DNA of 64,000 bases from Haplodiscus bocki. Its lineage: Eukaryota. The translations under genes were made by a program, and so were the position numbers. Every line of letters begins with the position of its first letter. The stretch's first letter is position 1. Under the pieces are notes generated by a model. That model was given only the letters and a program-made list of their open reading frames with translations, had not been told where the DNA came from and ran no database searches. Positions 1-12,515 of the stretch are shown piece by piece. The DNA lies in assembly GCA_965655095.1 (NCBI GenBank), contig OZ296653.1:35774001-35838000 (forward strand). Reading direction: 5' to 3'.

Positions 1-349
1 AAATCTGCATTTTCCGAATTCTTCTTTCCCAAAAGTGCAATTGACGTTTCAGTCACTTCATCTTGCGTTCAAAAGATGACTCAAATCACCGAAAAAAAAC
101 GAACAGGTAATACGTTCTGAAAAGCTGTTTTTTCCGTTGCTTCAATTTCTATCAAACTCTTCCAAAAACGAAGCTTTAAAAATGGTGCCTGCAATGGCGT
201 ATAAGATGATCAGGAGGTGAATTTTGACCGAAATCAACTAATACATTCTGTTAATTCTGCAAAATGCAGAATAAGTCTCAGTTTCACATAACTAGAAAAA
301 TAATAATAACCTAAATTATAGTTATAAAAACAATTGTGATTTTCTTCTT

Positions 350-560
350 TGAAATTCACTGTCATGATCTTGGATTTCTTGGCAAGATCTTGATTTTTCT
401 TGGATTCTTAGCAAGATCAATTGCCAAGATCTTGGCAAGAAATCTAAGAAATGCAAGATCATGGCAACAAAAGAAAAAATCCAAGATCTTGGCAAGAAAT
501 TCAAGGTTATCCAAGATTATCCAAACTCATGACTAGAAAACCAAGACGTCAAGCACTGGG
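350..560. repeat. Short interspersed repeat/MITE-like fragment built of degenerate CCAAGATCTTGG units
   Basis: Many copies of caagatc/ccaaga/tcttgg in both orientations (e.g. gccaagatcttggc at 423-436, a perfect palindrome); ends in gcactggg. ORFs 322-536 are by-products. Confidence 0.6.
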
Positions 561-929
561 ATGTGACGAAAACATAATGGACGTGGAGACCAAGTGGGAA
601 CGTATCGAAACTGAAGTATTATTGCTAATAGCCACCGATTGTTGGGAATGAGATGAGGATGAAACCGATTGTACAAATAATTAGCTCGTATGAGCTTGAA
701 AGAATTTTTTGCGCTAACTCTTGTACGCATTCAGTGTGCACGTTCTGCAACCAAGCAATCAAATGTCCAAAATGCCACAAAATTTGACTTGAATTGTCAA
801 TTTTTTCAGCCCACTTTCCTCAAGGTTTTGTTCTGTCAATAATTGATTTACAGGGTACTTTCAATTTTGATTGAAATTTCAGCTACTCTCTTGGTTTTGA
901 AGATGTGTTGGACAAAAATGGTGTTGTAG

Positions 930-1055
930 ACGTTGTACAACGTGCTTGCAAATGTGGTGAACGCTAAACATTTTTGAGCCAGTTTCAGCTTTTTAGAAGG
1001 CATTCGCATTCTCTAGATGTAGTTTGATAGAGGTTTCCACACATATTTGTCCTCA
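930..1055 (-). pseudogene. SWIM-type zinc-finger relic (CxC-x16-CxH), possibly from a MULE/Zisupton-type transposase
   Basis: Manual minus-strand translation: ...NLYQTTSRECECLLKAETGSKMFSVHHICKHVVQRL; stops lie nearby and no catalytic domain was recognised. Confidence 0.35.
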
Positions 1056-4000
1056 CTTTTAGATTTTCTTCTCACTTTTGAATGTTGTTCTCTCGTTTTG
1101 AAAACACTTCTCGTTTTCTTAAAAAAACTGTTCCTGTGGCTGGTATTTTAGTTTTTATTCCTATAGATGCCACAACGTCCAAGGAGTAGGAGATGAACTA
1201 CTTTTAGGACACTGTTCCTGGTCTCCCGTGGGAAACTGACAAAATATGATACCATGCGGAATTTTTGTTGTCTGTTTCTTTCTCCCTAATTGAATCCGCA
1301 AAAAAGCTGACTTTCGTCCTTGACGTGTTTTTTTGACCAAGTGGACGCAAAAGATCTCCAATTACCATTCTCTTGGTGATTGTTTTTCTGGTTCGTACAT
1401 CTCAGTTGAGAGCATTGTAGATGCTTTTTCTGAACGAAAGTCACGATGACCTAGAAGTATAAGATTTGGATGAAATTGTATAAAAAATCAGATGAGTAAT
1501 TTCCAACAGATCACAAAGACAACAACTCACCAACGCTACCCACTGTTCGACCATAATCTTTCTGGTTTAACAGTCGTTCTGTCGATGATTTGGTGGTTTC
1601 ATCATCTCAAAAACGAAACATCTTGACCGTTTGGTAGCAGTGCACTAGGTGCAGCTACCTAAAGCCCAAATTTTTCCTAGGACTTGATTTTGTGGTGAAT
1701 TGACTAAAATAAAATATAACTAAGAGATTACAGGCTGTTGCACTTTTTAAGGAAACCTGATCTGGGCTTTACCAAGAAAAAACCGGGCCCTAGTGCTAGA
1801 CGATTTATTCTCCTACTAAATAAGCTACAGTCTGAGAATCTGGAAATTGTTGTCTTTATTACTCTGTTTCAGCTACGTATGAAAATGAAATTCGATAAAG
1901 TAAAAAACATCAACTCAAATAACACGAGTTTTGGCTGACACCATGTCTTAAGCAAGATTGAAGAGTTTTTTATTGTTCGTAGTAGCTGCTGCTACGTAAC
2001 GAATCAAGCTACGTCAATCAAATGAGCTCCAAACTAATACCTGGCGTCAGTTTCAACCTCCACCAGTCAGGTCGGCTCTAGACAATAGAGGTTGCTCATG
2101 AAGAGGGGGGAAGCAATCTTTGGACATCGTGACATTATTAAGTTTGTTAATCTATACAAAACAAGTAATTTCGTGCTGCTCTCTCTTTCATTTTTAGGTT
2201 ACTTAGTGTGCATGCCATTGACATGTACGCAACAGTCCAACTGCCACCAAAAAGAGCATTTTTGTTCTTTCAGTTTCAACATTGGTGTATCAAGGAACAC
2301 ATACATTCGGTGTAGAGTTAGAGGGCAGCAAGTACTTTGTAAATTATAAGTTTTCAGAAAAAACAGAAAACGAATTCCGTAGTTTCTTGAAAAAGGGGCT
2401 GGAGGAGAACAACCTAAAGTTCCACTCCCAAGCATCACTTTCCCAAATCTAGTAGAGTTGTTGTTAGGAGGTCGTTAGCGTGCTTATTATGACCCATAGC
2501 TTACTGGCCTGTTTTATTTGGCTTTGACGCATAGAGTTAGTCCTTCCTCAAACGTGGCGAGTGTGAAACAAGAAAACAACGGGTAATATTCAAGCTTATG
2601 TCAGCACAAAACTTCCTGCTACCATGTCAATGGTTGATATCGAGTGAGGACGAGAAAGTTTCCTATAACACGTTTTGAGATCCTAAAAATTTGCATTAGT
2701 CAGCACTGCCCTTCCACACTCGTTTGTGGGCTAGTTCGGAAACTTTTAACTTGTGGCCCCTGCTACGGACGCTCCAAGTGCAACAGTTACGTTCTTGGGA
2801 ATAACATCTCAAATAGACAGCTCTAGATTGAAGAGACCGTCGTAAACAACTATTCCACTCCAGGGGGATGATTTTCCTAGAACACGGCTGTCACAAGAAA
2901 GATTCTCTAAAGTTTTCATGTTTCAAGGTTGAGGGTTTGTTGGTGCTAAACTCGTCTTTTTTATGGCACCTTTTCAGGAAAGTCAGTCGCCTCTGGAGAA
3001 AGTGGTACTTTTCATTACCTGTCAATAAACTCACAGCAGAAATCAAAATGCAGGGCCACAGTATAAACACATCGAGTTGAGGCTCATTATGCGCAAACCA
3101 AAAGTGAACGACGTCAGAATTTTCTACTGTGAAGGGTTTAGGCGATTGTTTCCTGTAAGAAAGTCGGTTTCTGCAACTTTCTTGTATCGGTGTTGCTTGA
3201 ACAATTTTTTTGGGGCTAGTCCTTTTTTTGTGAATTTGTCGTATTCTGTAAATTTTTTTCCTACAACTGTGGTGTTTTCAAAACTTATTATGTATCGTGC
3301 ACTTGTTGCAAAAACTGCTTGTTCTATTTCAATTAGTTTGTTAGAGGGAGACCAGAAGAAAAACTTCAGTTCTTGACGTTTGGGGCATTGCATGACTTTG
3401 ACTAACGTTGAATCCGACTCAAATTGTTCCTTAGGGCCCTATGGTTACAACGACTGAGCTCGGGAAGAGATATTAAATGCTCCTTCGACAGAAACTACCT
3501 CGCTTACCTTAACACGGGAAGCGTTTCTGAAGATTGTTGATTTGGCGTTGAGCGCATGTGGTTCCAGTAAGTGCAGTGAAAGCAGTAGGCACCGCTGATC
3601 TCAATACCGACCGTAGTATTTCAATTAAGAGGACGATAACATAGCTTTTTCCTTGGTATCGTTTTTTTTCAAATGAAAAAATGTTTTAGTGAGACTTGGA
3701 GCAACCAATTTTTTTACCCCTTTAGACGGAAAGAGTTATGGTTAAAATGGTGAGTTGAAGTTTTCTTCCTCTCAAAACCGTTCAAAAGTCTTTTCTGAAC
3801 GTTAGACTCAAGTATCACTATTAACGTTTCAAAATAAAAATACCTTGAAGTAATAGTAAACAAAGAAAATCGGCCATACGAACAGTTACAGAACTACATA
3901 TGAAACCTATCTTTGTTATTAGTGTTACATGTTGTCAATTATCAAAAGACTCGATTGCCCACTGGCCGGATAGATGTGTGATCCAAATCTTTCATCTTGG

Positions 4001-4269
4001 TTAACCTCAGTTTTTTCGTTTATTTTTCTCGAAATGACTTCAAAACAGTTCATGCAGTGAACTGGGAAAAACAAGTGCAGGATGGTCAATGAGGTGATTG
4101 TCTTCCTTTTCGTCCAACGACCACTCCCAATACTTTATTGTGTTGAACACGGGATGACGGAATGTTTCAAAATTTGGTTTAAAGTGTCATCAGAGATAAC
4201 CAGGCCAACAGCATCGGCAACACTTCAGAGTAGTATTACGGGCAGTGTTACTGGTAAAACAGTTGTACT

Positions 4270-4381
4270 ATGAACGCCCGTTTTTCTGTCTCTGTAGGCG
4301 GTAGAGGATTTTTTGTCAGCAGTGATGCACGAAACTGAAGAATATTGCAGAATCCTTCATGTTCTTCGCTTCATTTCTACA
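4270..4381 (+). repeat. ~110 bp direct repeat, copy 1
   Basis: atgaacgcccgtttttctgtctctgtaggcggtagagg...ttcttcgcttcatttctaca recurs at 5953-6063 with scattered substitutions. Confidence 0.85.
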
Positions 4382-5952
4382 GCAAAAAATTTACCGTTTC
4401 CTTTGTCATGAGCAAAATTTTGCTGAAAGGTTTAGGGAACTGGATTACCAATAGGTTAGTGGTGAGAAGAATCGGGGCAATGATGAAATAATTTTTTTGC
4501 AATTCTTTCTTCCGAGAGCTATCAGTTACGTGACATCCCAAAGGATTAAGTTGATCGTTCCGGTATGGTCTAGGGGATGGTTCGCGTTGAAGGAACGGGT
4601 ATTTTGTTTTCTGTGTTCTTTTTCGATCGACCTGCTAAAACCGTTCCACTGATCCAACAGCACGGGCTCTTGAAGTCCATGGCGGATGGTTCGGGTTGAT
4701 CATTCGGGTTGTCTGACGATGTAGTTTCACTTTATTGCCTTCTAGCGATGCGTCCGCTCCTCTGAAAGTTTTCAACGCAACAGGACTACGTCTATCCCTT
4801 CGAGAAGCCGTTTCCTCAGATTCTGCGACGAAGGTGAGTTTTTAATTCGTTTCAATTGAGCAACGCTGGAGAACTCTTAGCATACCAAAGTGTCTTTCTG
4901 GACCGTCTTAAGGCACATGCCGACAATTCAAGGTGTTAGGAAAATCCCTTGACTCGCGAGGACGGACAATTGGTCGAAATTCAGCTGTCTCTTTCCTGTT
5001 GGAGAACTTCTCAATTGGCCGTGAGTTGCATCACATCAGCAGATGCAAGAAAAGTAATCAAATATTCCATAGTTTACCAAAAAAATGACGAGTCCATGAC
5101 AAATTTGCTTTTTGATATTTTCTACTAGGTGGCGCAAAAAGTCTGAGCAATCAGGATGTTGGACTGTTGGGAACCAATCAGATTAAAGTAGTTCAAGTCA
5201 GTAAAGTTACTCTGCTTTAATAGTTGCTCCTTTTTTGGTTCACGGTCGATCCATTTTGTCAATAGTTTGTGCATTACGAGAGCTCGCAATCTAGGTTTAA
5301 CAAGATAAAGGCATACAGTGCATCGCACTCCGAGGCCACGGTCTTAAGAAAAAGTAGAGAAGACGGCAGCAGGGAATTAGGTTCAAATTCTCGAAGTTGG
5401 AGCTGCGATGCCTGTTTGTTGAAGTGTCCACGCTTTGTGTTGCTATCGTTTTGTAGTTTAACTATGCTAAAGAATGGCACCTGCGTTGTAGTAATGTGCT
5501 TCAATGCTGGTTCAGAAGAGGCGAAATATTGAACTCTTTTATCTGTAAGGAACTCTGATTTGGACTGTCACCGTTATGGTTGGGGGCAAAACGTTATTCT
5601 CAGTTTCTGTTTCTTGGACTTCTTGTCAGCAGCTCTTTTCGATTCCTTTCCTCACGGGATTTTTTCTTCAATATTAACTCAGAGATCATAGCCAGAGATC
5701 ATGGCTACAGCAATGTCTTTATTCTCGTTTGGGTCTTTTCTTGGGTGTGCTGCACTCGGCAGTGTTCTGAAGATAAAAAATCTTCACAACTAAGCTATCA
5801 GCATTCATGTTTGAAAAAGTGAAGGACAGTGAGTTGGGGCAATGGACGGCATGCAAGGGAAAAGATTAGTTCACTGCGGAAAAAGACAAAAGAAAATATT
5901 CACACCTTAAATCTTTGATTTGTCCCATAGTCCTACACTATGGACATTTACA

Positions 5953-6063
5953 ATGAACGCCCGCTTCTCTGTCTCTGTAGGTGGTAGAGGAATTTTTGTC
6001 AGCAGTTATGCATGAAACTGAAGATTATTGCAGAATCCTTAAGTTCTTCGCTTCATTTTTACA
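5953..6063 (+). repeat. ~110 bp direct repeat, copy 2
   Basis: Aligns to 4270-4381 by eye. Confidence 0.85.
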
Positions 6064-9000
6064 TTTTAAATTCTTTATCACAAAAAAATGCATTGAAACT
6101 CACCTGCTCTCACTCACTGGTGATTGCTTTGAGTAGCATATTTTCGTCTATATATGTTTTTACGAGTTTTCGAACATTTTATTTCCGTTGCGACGTCCAT
6201 GGTTAATTAAGCAAGGGCTGGGGCAACGGGATTTGAAGGCGAGCAGTCTGGCCGAGTTGGTTTCTGCAAAGTAGAGTTGACCAATTATTCGCTCTCGGAA
6301 GTTCGAAAAACTCTTTGCATTATCAGTTCTTCGAGGTGTCGACTGGGGACTTCTTCCAACGAGGTTCTGAACCAGTCGCCTTCGTGCTCAACCGGGTTTT
6401 TTTTATCGTGGTTCACCACTTCGACATTTGCTTTCGTATTGAAACGCGTTAACTTATTCTTCGGAAACAATGATGCAAGCAATTGTGGTGTTGTGTAGAA
6501 TTGAGGTGCCAATTGGATCATATGGACTTGACATATCAGCAGCGCGCGGAAAATTTTGGACTTTGTTGATGGGTAGTGCTGAGCATCGGGAAGAGGAGAG
6601 ATGGTAAGGCACTCCCTTCCGTATTTTGCTCCCTAGCTTAAGGTTGAGATGGAGTTAGCATCAGATACTCAGCACCTAAGTGCTATCCTTGTCAAATTGC
6701 TCTAGTGCTGATTGAACGCATCCTGATGAAGGATGTTTCTCCCTTTCTTGTTGAAGCTAATTTTCCAAATTCATTTTTTTTCAAGATGAATGCTTCTCTG
6801 TTCAACGGTTTGTTGACGACCAAAAAAATGTTTGCGCTCAAGTTGTGCGGGGAAATGTTGCTGCAGGTATGTTCAAAAGACAATGGTGTCAGCGGAGATA
6901 ACGTTCATTTCCTCCAAATTTTTGAAAAAGAAGATTTAGTTGGGTATGAATGAACTTGCAAAGTGTTCGATGTGAAAACAACATCAGCTCAGATCAGATT
7001 GTTGACACGAACCACCGAGTTTCTAATAAACCGTTTAGAAGGCCTTTGCAATTTGTGGAAGGAAACGTTTTGCATTGCTTTGGTGATTCTGAGGTTGTTG
7101 TTCTTTCTGGAAAAATATTCCGAAGTTTCGAAATTCATGAAAAATGAATATTGCGATTGGAGACAGTTCTTGCCTTTTTTTCTGAATTTTTTTTAAAACC
7201 TGCTTTCAAAGCTCGCTGGCCGAAAGGACAATAGAGAACGATGATATGCCGAAATGAAATTTGTTCGCGAAGCGAATTCGTTGGTTTGTGCTGACTCAAG
7301 TTGCTCCAGGTTGTCTTTTCTTCAATTTTTCCACTGGCCTAACTTGAGAAATGCTATCTAGAAAAATAAATGTGTCCTGATACCATAGTGGTTACAGGGT
7401 GGACGTTTCCAGAGTGATTTTTGCGTTACTACGCGTCAATCGGCTGCTCTGTGAATCGAGATCTTTGCTGCGTTCGTCAGTCAACTGTAAATCTCCAATA
7501 GGATTCTTGCGGAAGTGATTCTACCGCTAACTTCAGCTAGCGGATTACGGATAAGCATGTGTTCTGGTAATCACCGCCATGCGGGTACTCTTTTGAGCCA
7601 AATTTTTTGTTTTGAAGGTTGCGAACGTCCCCGTACAAAGTGTTTATTGACTGCTGAAGGATAGTCACAATTATCTTTCCGCCAGAAAGGATGGAGACAA
7701 GAAGTGGAGCATAATCATTGCAAGCAAACTCACTGTCGTTCACACAATTTCATTTCCGCGCGTGTTTATTAACCAGTCAGAAAAAAATTGTTGTGGCGTC
7801 CACAGTGAAGTCAATGCATTCTAACTTTCAAAAACTCTGAGTTGTTCGGAAGAAGAGGGCTAAAAAAAGAACAAATGAATTGTTTTCCGACGGAGTATCT
7901 TGTCCACAGGCTTGTTGTTGATGTGATGACGAGAACGATTCCGCCAGATAACAGCGCAATCAAAACTGTCAGGAGTGTGAGTTGTTTTCTTTTCGGTTAA
8001 TTGACAACTCCGTGGTTGAGAATCAGGAGACTTAGATTTTCTTCCCAGCATGTTGTTAAACGCGAATGATGTCTTTAGCGTGCTGGGTGGTTGTGACCCG
8101 GATCTTCGTTACAAAACGGAGGCAGGACTTTCATTGCACGAAGGCGATTGTTGAGATCCATCATAAAAGTCTGGTATAAGATGGATTTAGTAACATTGCC
8201 ATTTTGGAGGCAGTCGAAAAATTTTCGACAGAAACAGCCATCTCTTTTGAGAGGCTGCATGGCACGCAGATTGTTTAACCATCCGTCTTTAGGGAGACTG
8301 AGTTAGTCACAGCCATTTATATGCATTTGAATGACAAATTCTAAATCGGAGTTGATCCTGTTGATTCAAACATCCAAGAATAATTATTAGGGCATCTTGC
8401 CGGAGCATCATACAATTAAATTCATCATCAGCTTGTTTTCTAACAATCAATATATCGGATTCCTTTTCGAGTGGATGATCAACTGTGTTTTTGCCGTACG
8501 CCAAGTCACATTTGAATATTTAGTGCCCATTTGCGGGGTTTCGATGGCTGCTTCTATCCGGGATGGCTGAGAAAATGTTCATCAGATACTTATAGCAACT
8601 TCAGGTAAGTCAATTTTGTTCTCTTCCATGACGTACCACACTTCGAAATCAACAGTGAACGAGAGGTTCGACGTTAAGGTCTTTTCGAAGAGTGATTTCG
8701 TTGCTGCTTGGTAAATGATGTTCATGGGACTTATCCGAGTTAATGCTGATCACTCGGTCACTGCCGGCAACTGCTGCCATGTCTGGTTAATCTGCTTGCT
8801 TTTTTTCTCTTGTAAAGTCATAATATCACATATAGTTGTCGGAAATGGGTTCGACATTGCGGTCATTTGGCCGGCGTCTTGGTTGATATCACACCGTCGG
8901 AGAAAACTATTAACGAGAGCAACGATCCCCCAGCTCAGCACCACTGCGCCGTACAAATTAGGTGGCGCAACTTGGGCGTAGTCATCATGGTGGTAGGTGG

Positions 9001-11261
9001 CATTGAGTTTGTAGAGCTTGAGGGTGGAACTTGGTTTTTGCTTCCTGCTTGCAGTTGCGTTGTAATATGGAAACACATTGGATAGGAATTTGTCAAACAA
9101 GGGGCTGCATGAGTATACGTTTGTTGAACTGCTTCTTTGGGTATTTTTGTCCACTGAAAGGGACAATGCACAGCTTTTTGCGATATTATCGTGGTGGCTT
9201 GATTTTGGGACTGTAGGATGCACTACTGGCTCGAATTTCAGTGATAAAAGGCTTTCTTGACAACCCCAGTGGTGCTTTCCCCGTTAAATTCATAGCAGCG
9301 AACTTCTACCGATGTTCCACTTCTCGTTTGACAGTTGTTCCAAGTGGTGTCATTCTTTTGGTATCTTCAAAAGATGGCAATTCACAGCGTTCACTTTAAG
9401 AACGATGTGATTCAAAAGAGAGGTAACTTGGCGGATTGTCGGGCAATGTCGTTGATGATAATTCCTTCTTATTGTTTGGTTGAATCTTGTCGTCGAGACA
9501 AGTACCATGATTGGCCATTGCAGTTCATGTCCCACCCACTTCTTTCCATTGAACATCATCAAACGGATGTCGTTACTTCTAGATCATCATTATTTAGGGA
9601 CCACTATCTGGGAATGATGCATGTCCATTGTAGGAGCCACTGGCTGGTTGGTGTTGCATTACTCATTATACAAGCTAGTAAAAATGGTCTAAAATCTTTG
9701 CAGACTGGTCAGTTATTGGCTTTCTCGTTGTCAATTTGAGATGCTAGGATTTATTGCGATCGGGACATCAGACTGTGACTCGATTCATTTGGAAACGACA
9801 TCCAGACGAGAGCTGGAGGGATGCTTTTGGTAAGACGATTTGTTATTTTTCCTGAACTCTTCTCTGACCTGAGTTACTTTTGCTGTTACTTTTGCTGTTG
9901 GTATCATAACGGGACTGTTCAATTTCGGTTGGAGGCAAGAACACTGAAAACAAACTCACCTGTTTGAAAATGGTATCCCTACTGCAAGACGAGACAAATT
10001 CAATTCTTTAACAGCGAGGGAAAAGTTGGAAGGAAGCGTCAAATTGAGAGTTGTATACTTGAATAGCAGATACAGAAGGTTAGTCACTTCTTTATCGGTC
10101 AAGAACACACTGTTCCAGTTTTCTAGAAAGGTTAGTAAATCTTGGAGATCAAAGTCAGCTTTTTTTGAAAAAAAAGCTGGAGTTGGAATACATGAAAGAC
10201 TTCAGTGACACGGGTTTCTACAGTAGTCGTCCCAGTGACGCAAACAAAAGCAGTGTATCAGGTCTCACAGTAAAAAGATTTAAAAAGTCATTTTCGCCGG
10301 ACGGGCAAGTTGATGAAATAGTTTCGTCTGGATTTACAACTCCTGCATAAAAGTTTTAGAGAAGCATTGGGTCTAAAGATTGAAGTTGTAAAACGGGCGT
10401 AATGTTCGAGCGCTATATCTTATGATTGAACAGTAAATAGTCATTGGAAAATTCTGTTTGCTTTTTTTTTATTCAAAAAAACAATTCAATAGTTTAAAGT
10501 GAATCCGCAACCTTTTTCGAAGGTGATGAGGTGACAAATTTTATTATTGAGAAGGTTGTTTTTAACTGACAGATCCATTTTAAACAGAACTTGCCCATAC
10601 TTTAGAAAAAAAGAGACACTATAGAAACATCCGTACTGAACTTTGAGACCGATGATTGGTAATCAACTCTCTGAGTTTTACATTCATTGGAGAGCACTCT
10701 GTACGAAGAGCATTCAGATTTTGGATCCTGGAGTTGATGTGAAGAAATGGTACAAGTGTCGCAGCACATCTGCGAAGCCTGCGGTCAGATGATCACCTCA
10801 GCAAAGGACACCCCAGGCCCATCAAACAGAGATTAAAACTGTAAAGACAATCAAACGTACTCATGAACTATAATTGCATCATTTATTCATTAATTTATAT
10901 TTAAGGATACCTAGTAGATACGTATCCACCTAGTACGCACACATGTAATTTATGTAGACGATACGTAGTAGTTACGTATCGTCCCATAATATTTATTTCA
11001 TGAAAAAAGCACGTATCCGATACGTGTAATTCTGGTGAACTGATCCTTATTGGGACGGAATAGATGCGGAGCAAACGAATATTCAATGTATTTTTATATT
11101 AATTTTAGAGGCTGTTTTATATAATTAATCTAGATAATTAATATATATATCCACCTTTTGATTTCGCAGTAATCTATTTAGATTGACAGCTTTAACAAGT
11201 TTTCAATAGCTTAAATATTAGAACCGAGCTTGACTTTAAAAGTGAATATTTGATCGGTATG

Positions 11262-12515
11262 TGTTCCGTCGTAACTAATCTGGTAACGTCACTAGAATTC
11301 CAGCCAATCCGCTGTGCTACTACGCTGTTTCACTTTGGACGGACACGGGACGTCTACGTAGCCACCAGAATCTTTCTCCTCAGTAGCACTGCGGAAGGCA
11401 GTGCTACAAGCGGCTACGTAGCCGCCACGGAACGCTCCGGCCAAAGTGAGGCCTGAGCTGCTAGAAACGTGGTACGGCCTAGGAAATACGCCTAGTTTGT
11501 TCCAAACAGTGGTTTTAATTGATGCAGCATGTAATCATGAATCTTTTTATATTATAAACCTCATTTCTCCATACTTTAGATTATTTTTTCACTTGTAGTA
11601 CAGTTTTTATTCCTCGTATGGAAATATCTTTGATCTTTTGTTTATGTTTTTATTTATTATGTCGGCGCGGGATTAACCACTTTCATGTCTATTTGCGATG
11701 GATCGGACCGTACTTTTTTTGTCGAAAGATGGGAAAGACGCGGTCCGTGAAGGAAGAAATGGACGGAAGGGTGTTTATTTCCCGCCAGAGTCGCCATCCT
11801 TTCCTTTTGATAAATAATATAATTAAAGTACTTTTCCCTATCCGTACCTTGATCTGGCGTGTAAACAATTATGTTTCCCGCCCAGGAAAGGCATAAATAG
11901 GAGAAATGAAAGTACAAATATTATTATAAAATAATGCGACTTTGAGTATTGTAACTCTCTTTGAAATCACCTTCTTTGACTGTTTGAGCTGATGAAACTT
12001 TATTTCCTCAGATTTAGAGGAGACCTTTAATAATACAGAAAAGATAAATTCAGTCTTAACCACTGACAAGATTTTCCCTCAAGAAGTATGGCAACATTGA
12101 GAAACAAGAGGAAATTAGCGGAGTTTCAAGAGAAACGCCTGAAGGCAGTAGAAGCAGTAGAGGACAGAATGTAATTGACCCTGAGTTAACCCAAGATTAC
12201 ATCTCCCAGGTCTCCGAGGAGATTGAGGGGAGGTAACCAAGAAACTCTCGAAGGAATTTAGCTAAACCGAGTCACGTATCTTGGGTGCCTTGTCGAAACT
12301 TGACGAGTTCCTTCTGAACACACAAGTTCGGACTTGTTCCGTAGCTGTTCAAGGGACGTCCAAAAACGCTAATTCAGAAAACCGGGAAACTCATGGGGAT
12401 CGCTCCTCGGATGATCCCTATCCCGAAGTGGGGTATTTTTCTCATCACTCTGGCCAAATCAATAGCCCAGAGATAGAACCCAACTCGCATATGGTGACCG
12501 AAAATTACCCTCACA
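11262..12515 (+). mobile_element. Truncated 5' end of an LTR retrotransposon (probably Gypsy-like): short LTR-like block, leader and start of a gag-like ORF
   Basis: Block 11262-11433 is bounded by inverted TGTTCCGT...ACGGAAC. A frameshifted ORF starts at ATG 12088 (MATLRNKRKLA..SRETPEGSRS..ISQVSEEIEG..RILGALSKLDEFLLN..) and similarity appears to end near 12515. Family assignment is from recollection; no RT is present. Confidence 0.5.

Noticed and set aside
350-560. Possible CRISPR-like array
   Set aside because: Units are short, irregular and bidirectional with no unique spacers; eukaryotic context and no cas genes.
3124-6521. Possible paralogy of minus-strand ORFs 3124-3393 and 6285-6521
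   Set aside because: Only a vague resemblance (NKL motif); no convincing alignment by eye.
11370-11395. Minus-strand CTGAGGA-GAAA resembling a hammerhead core
   Set aside because: No stem II between the core motifs and no closing stems found.
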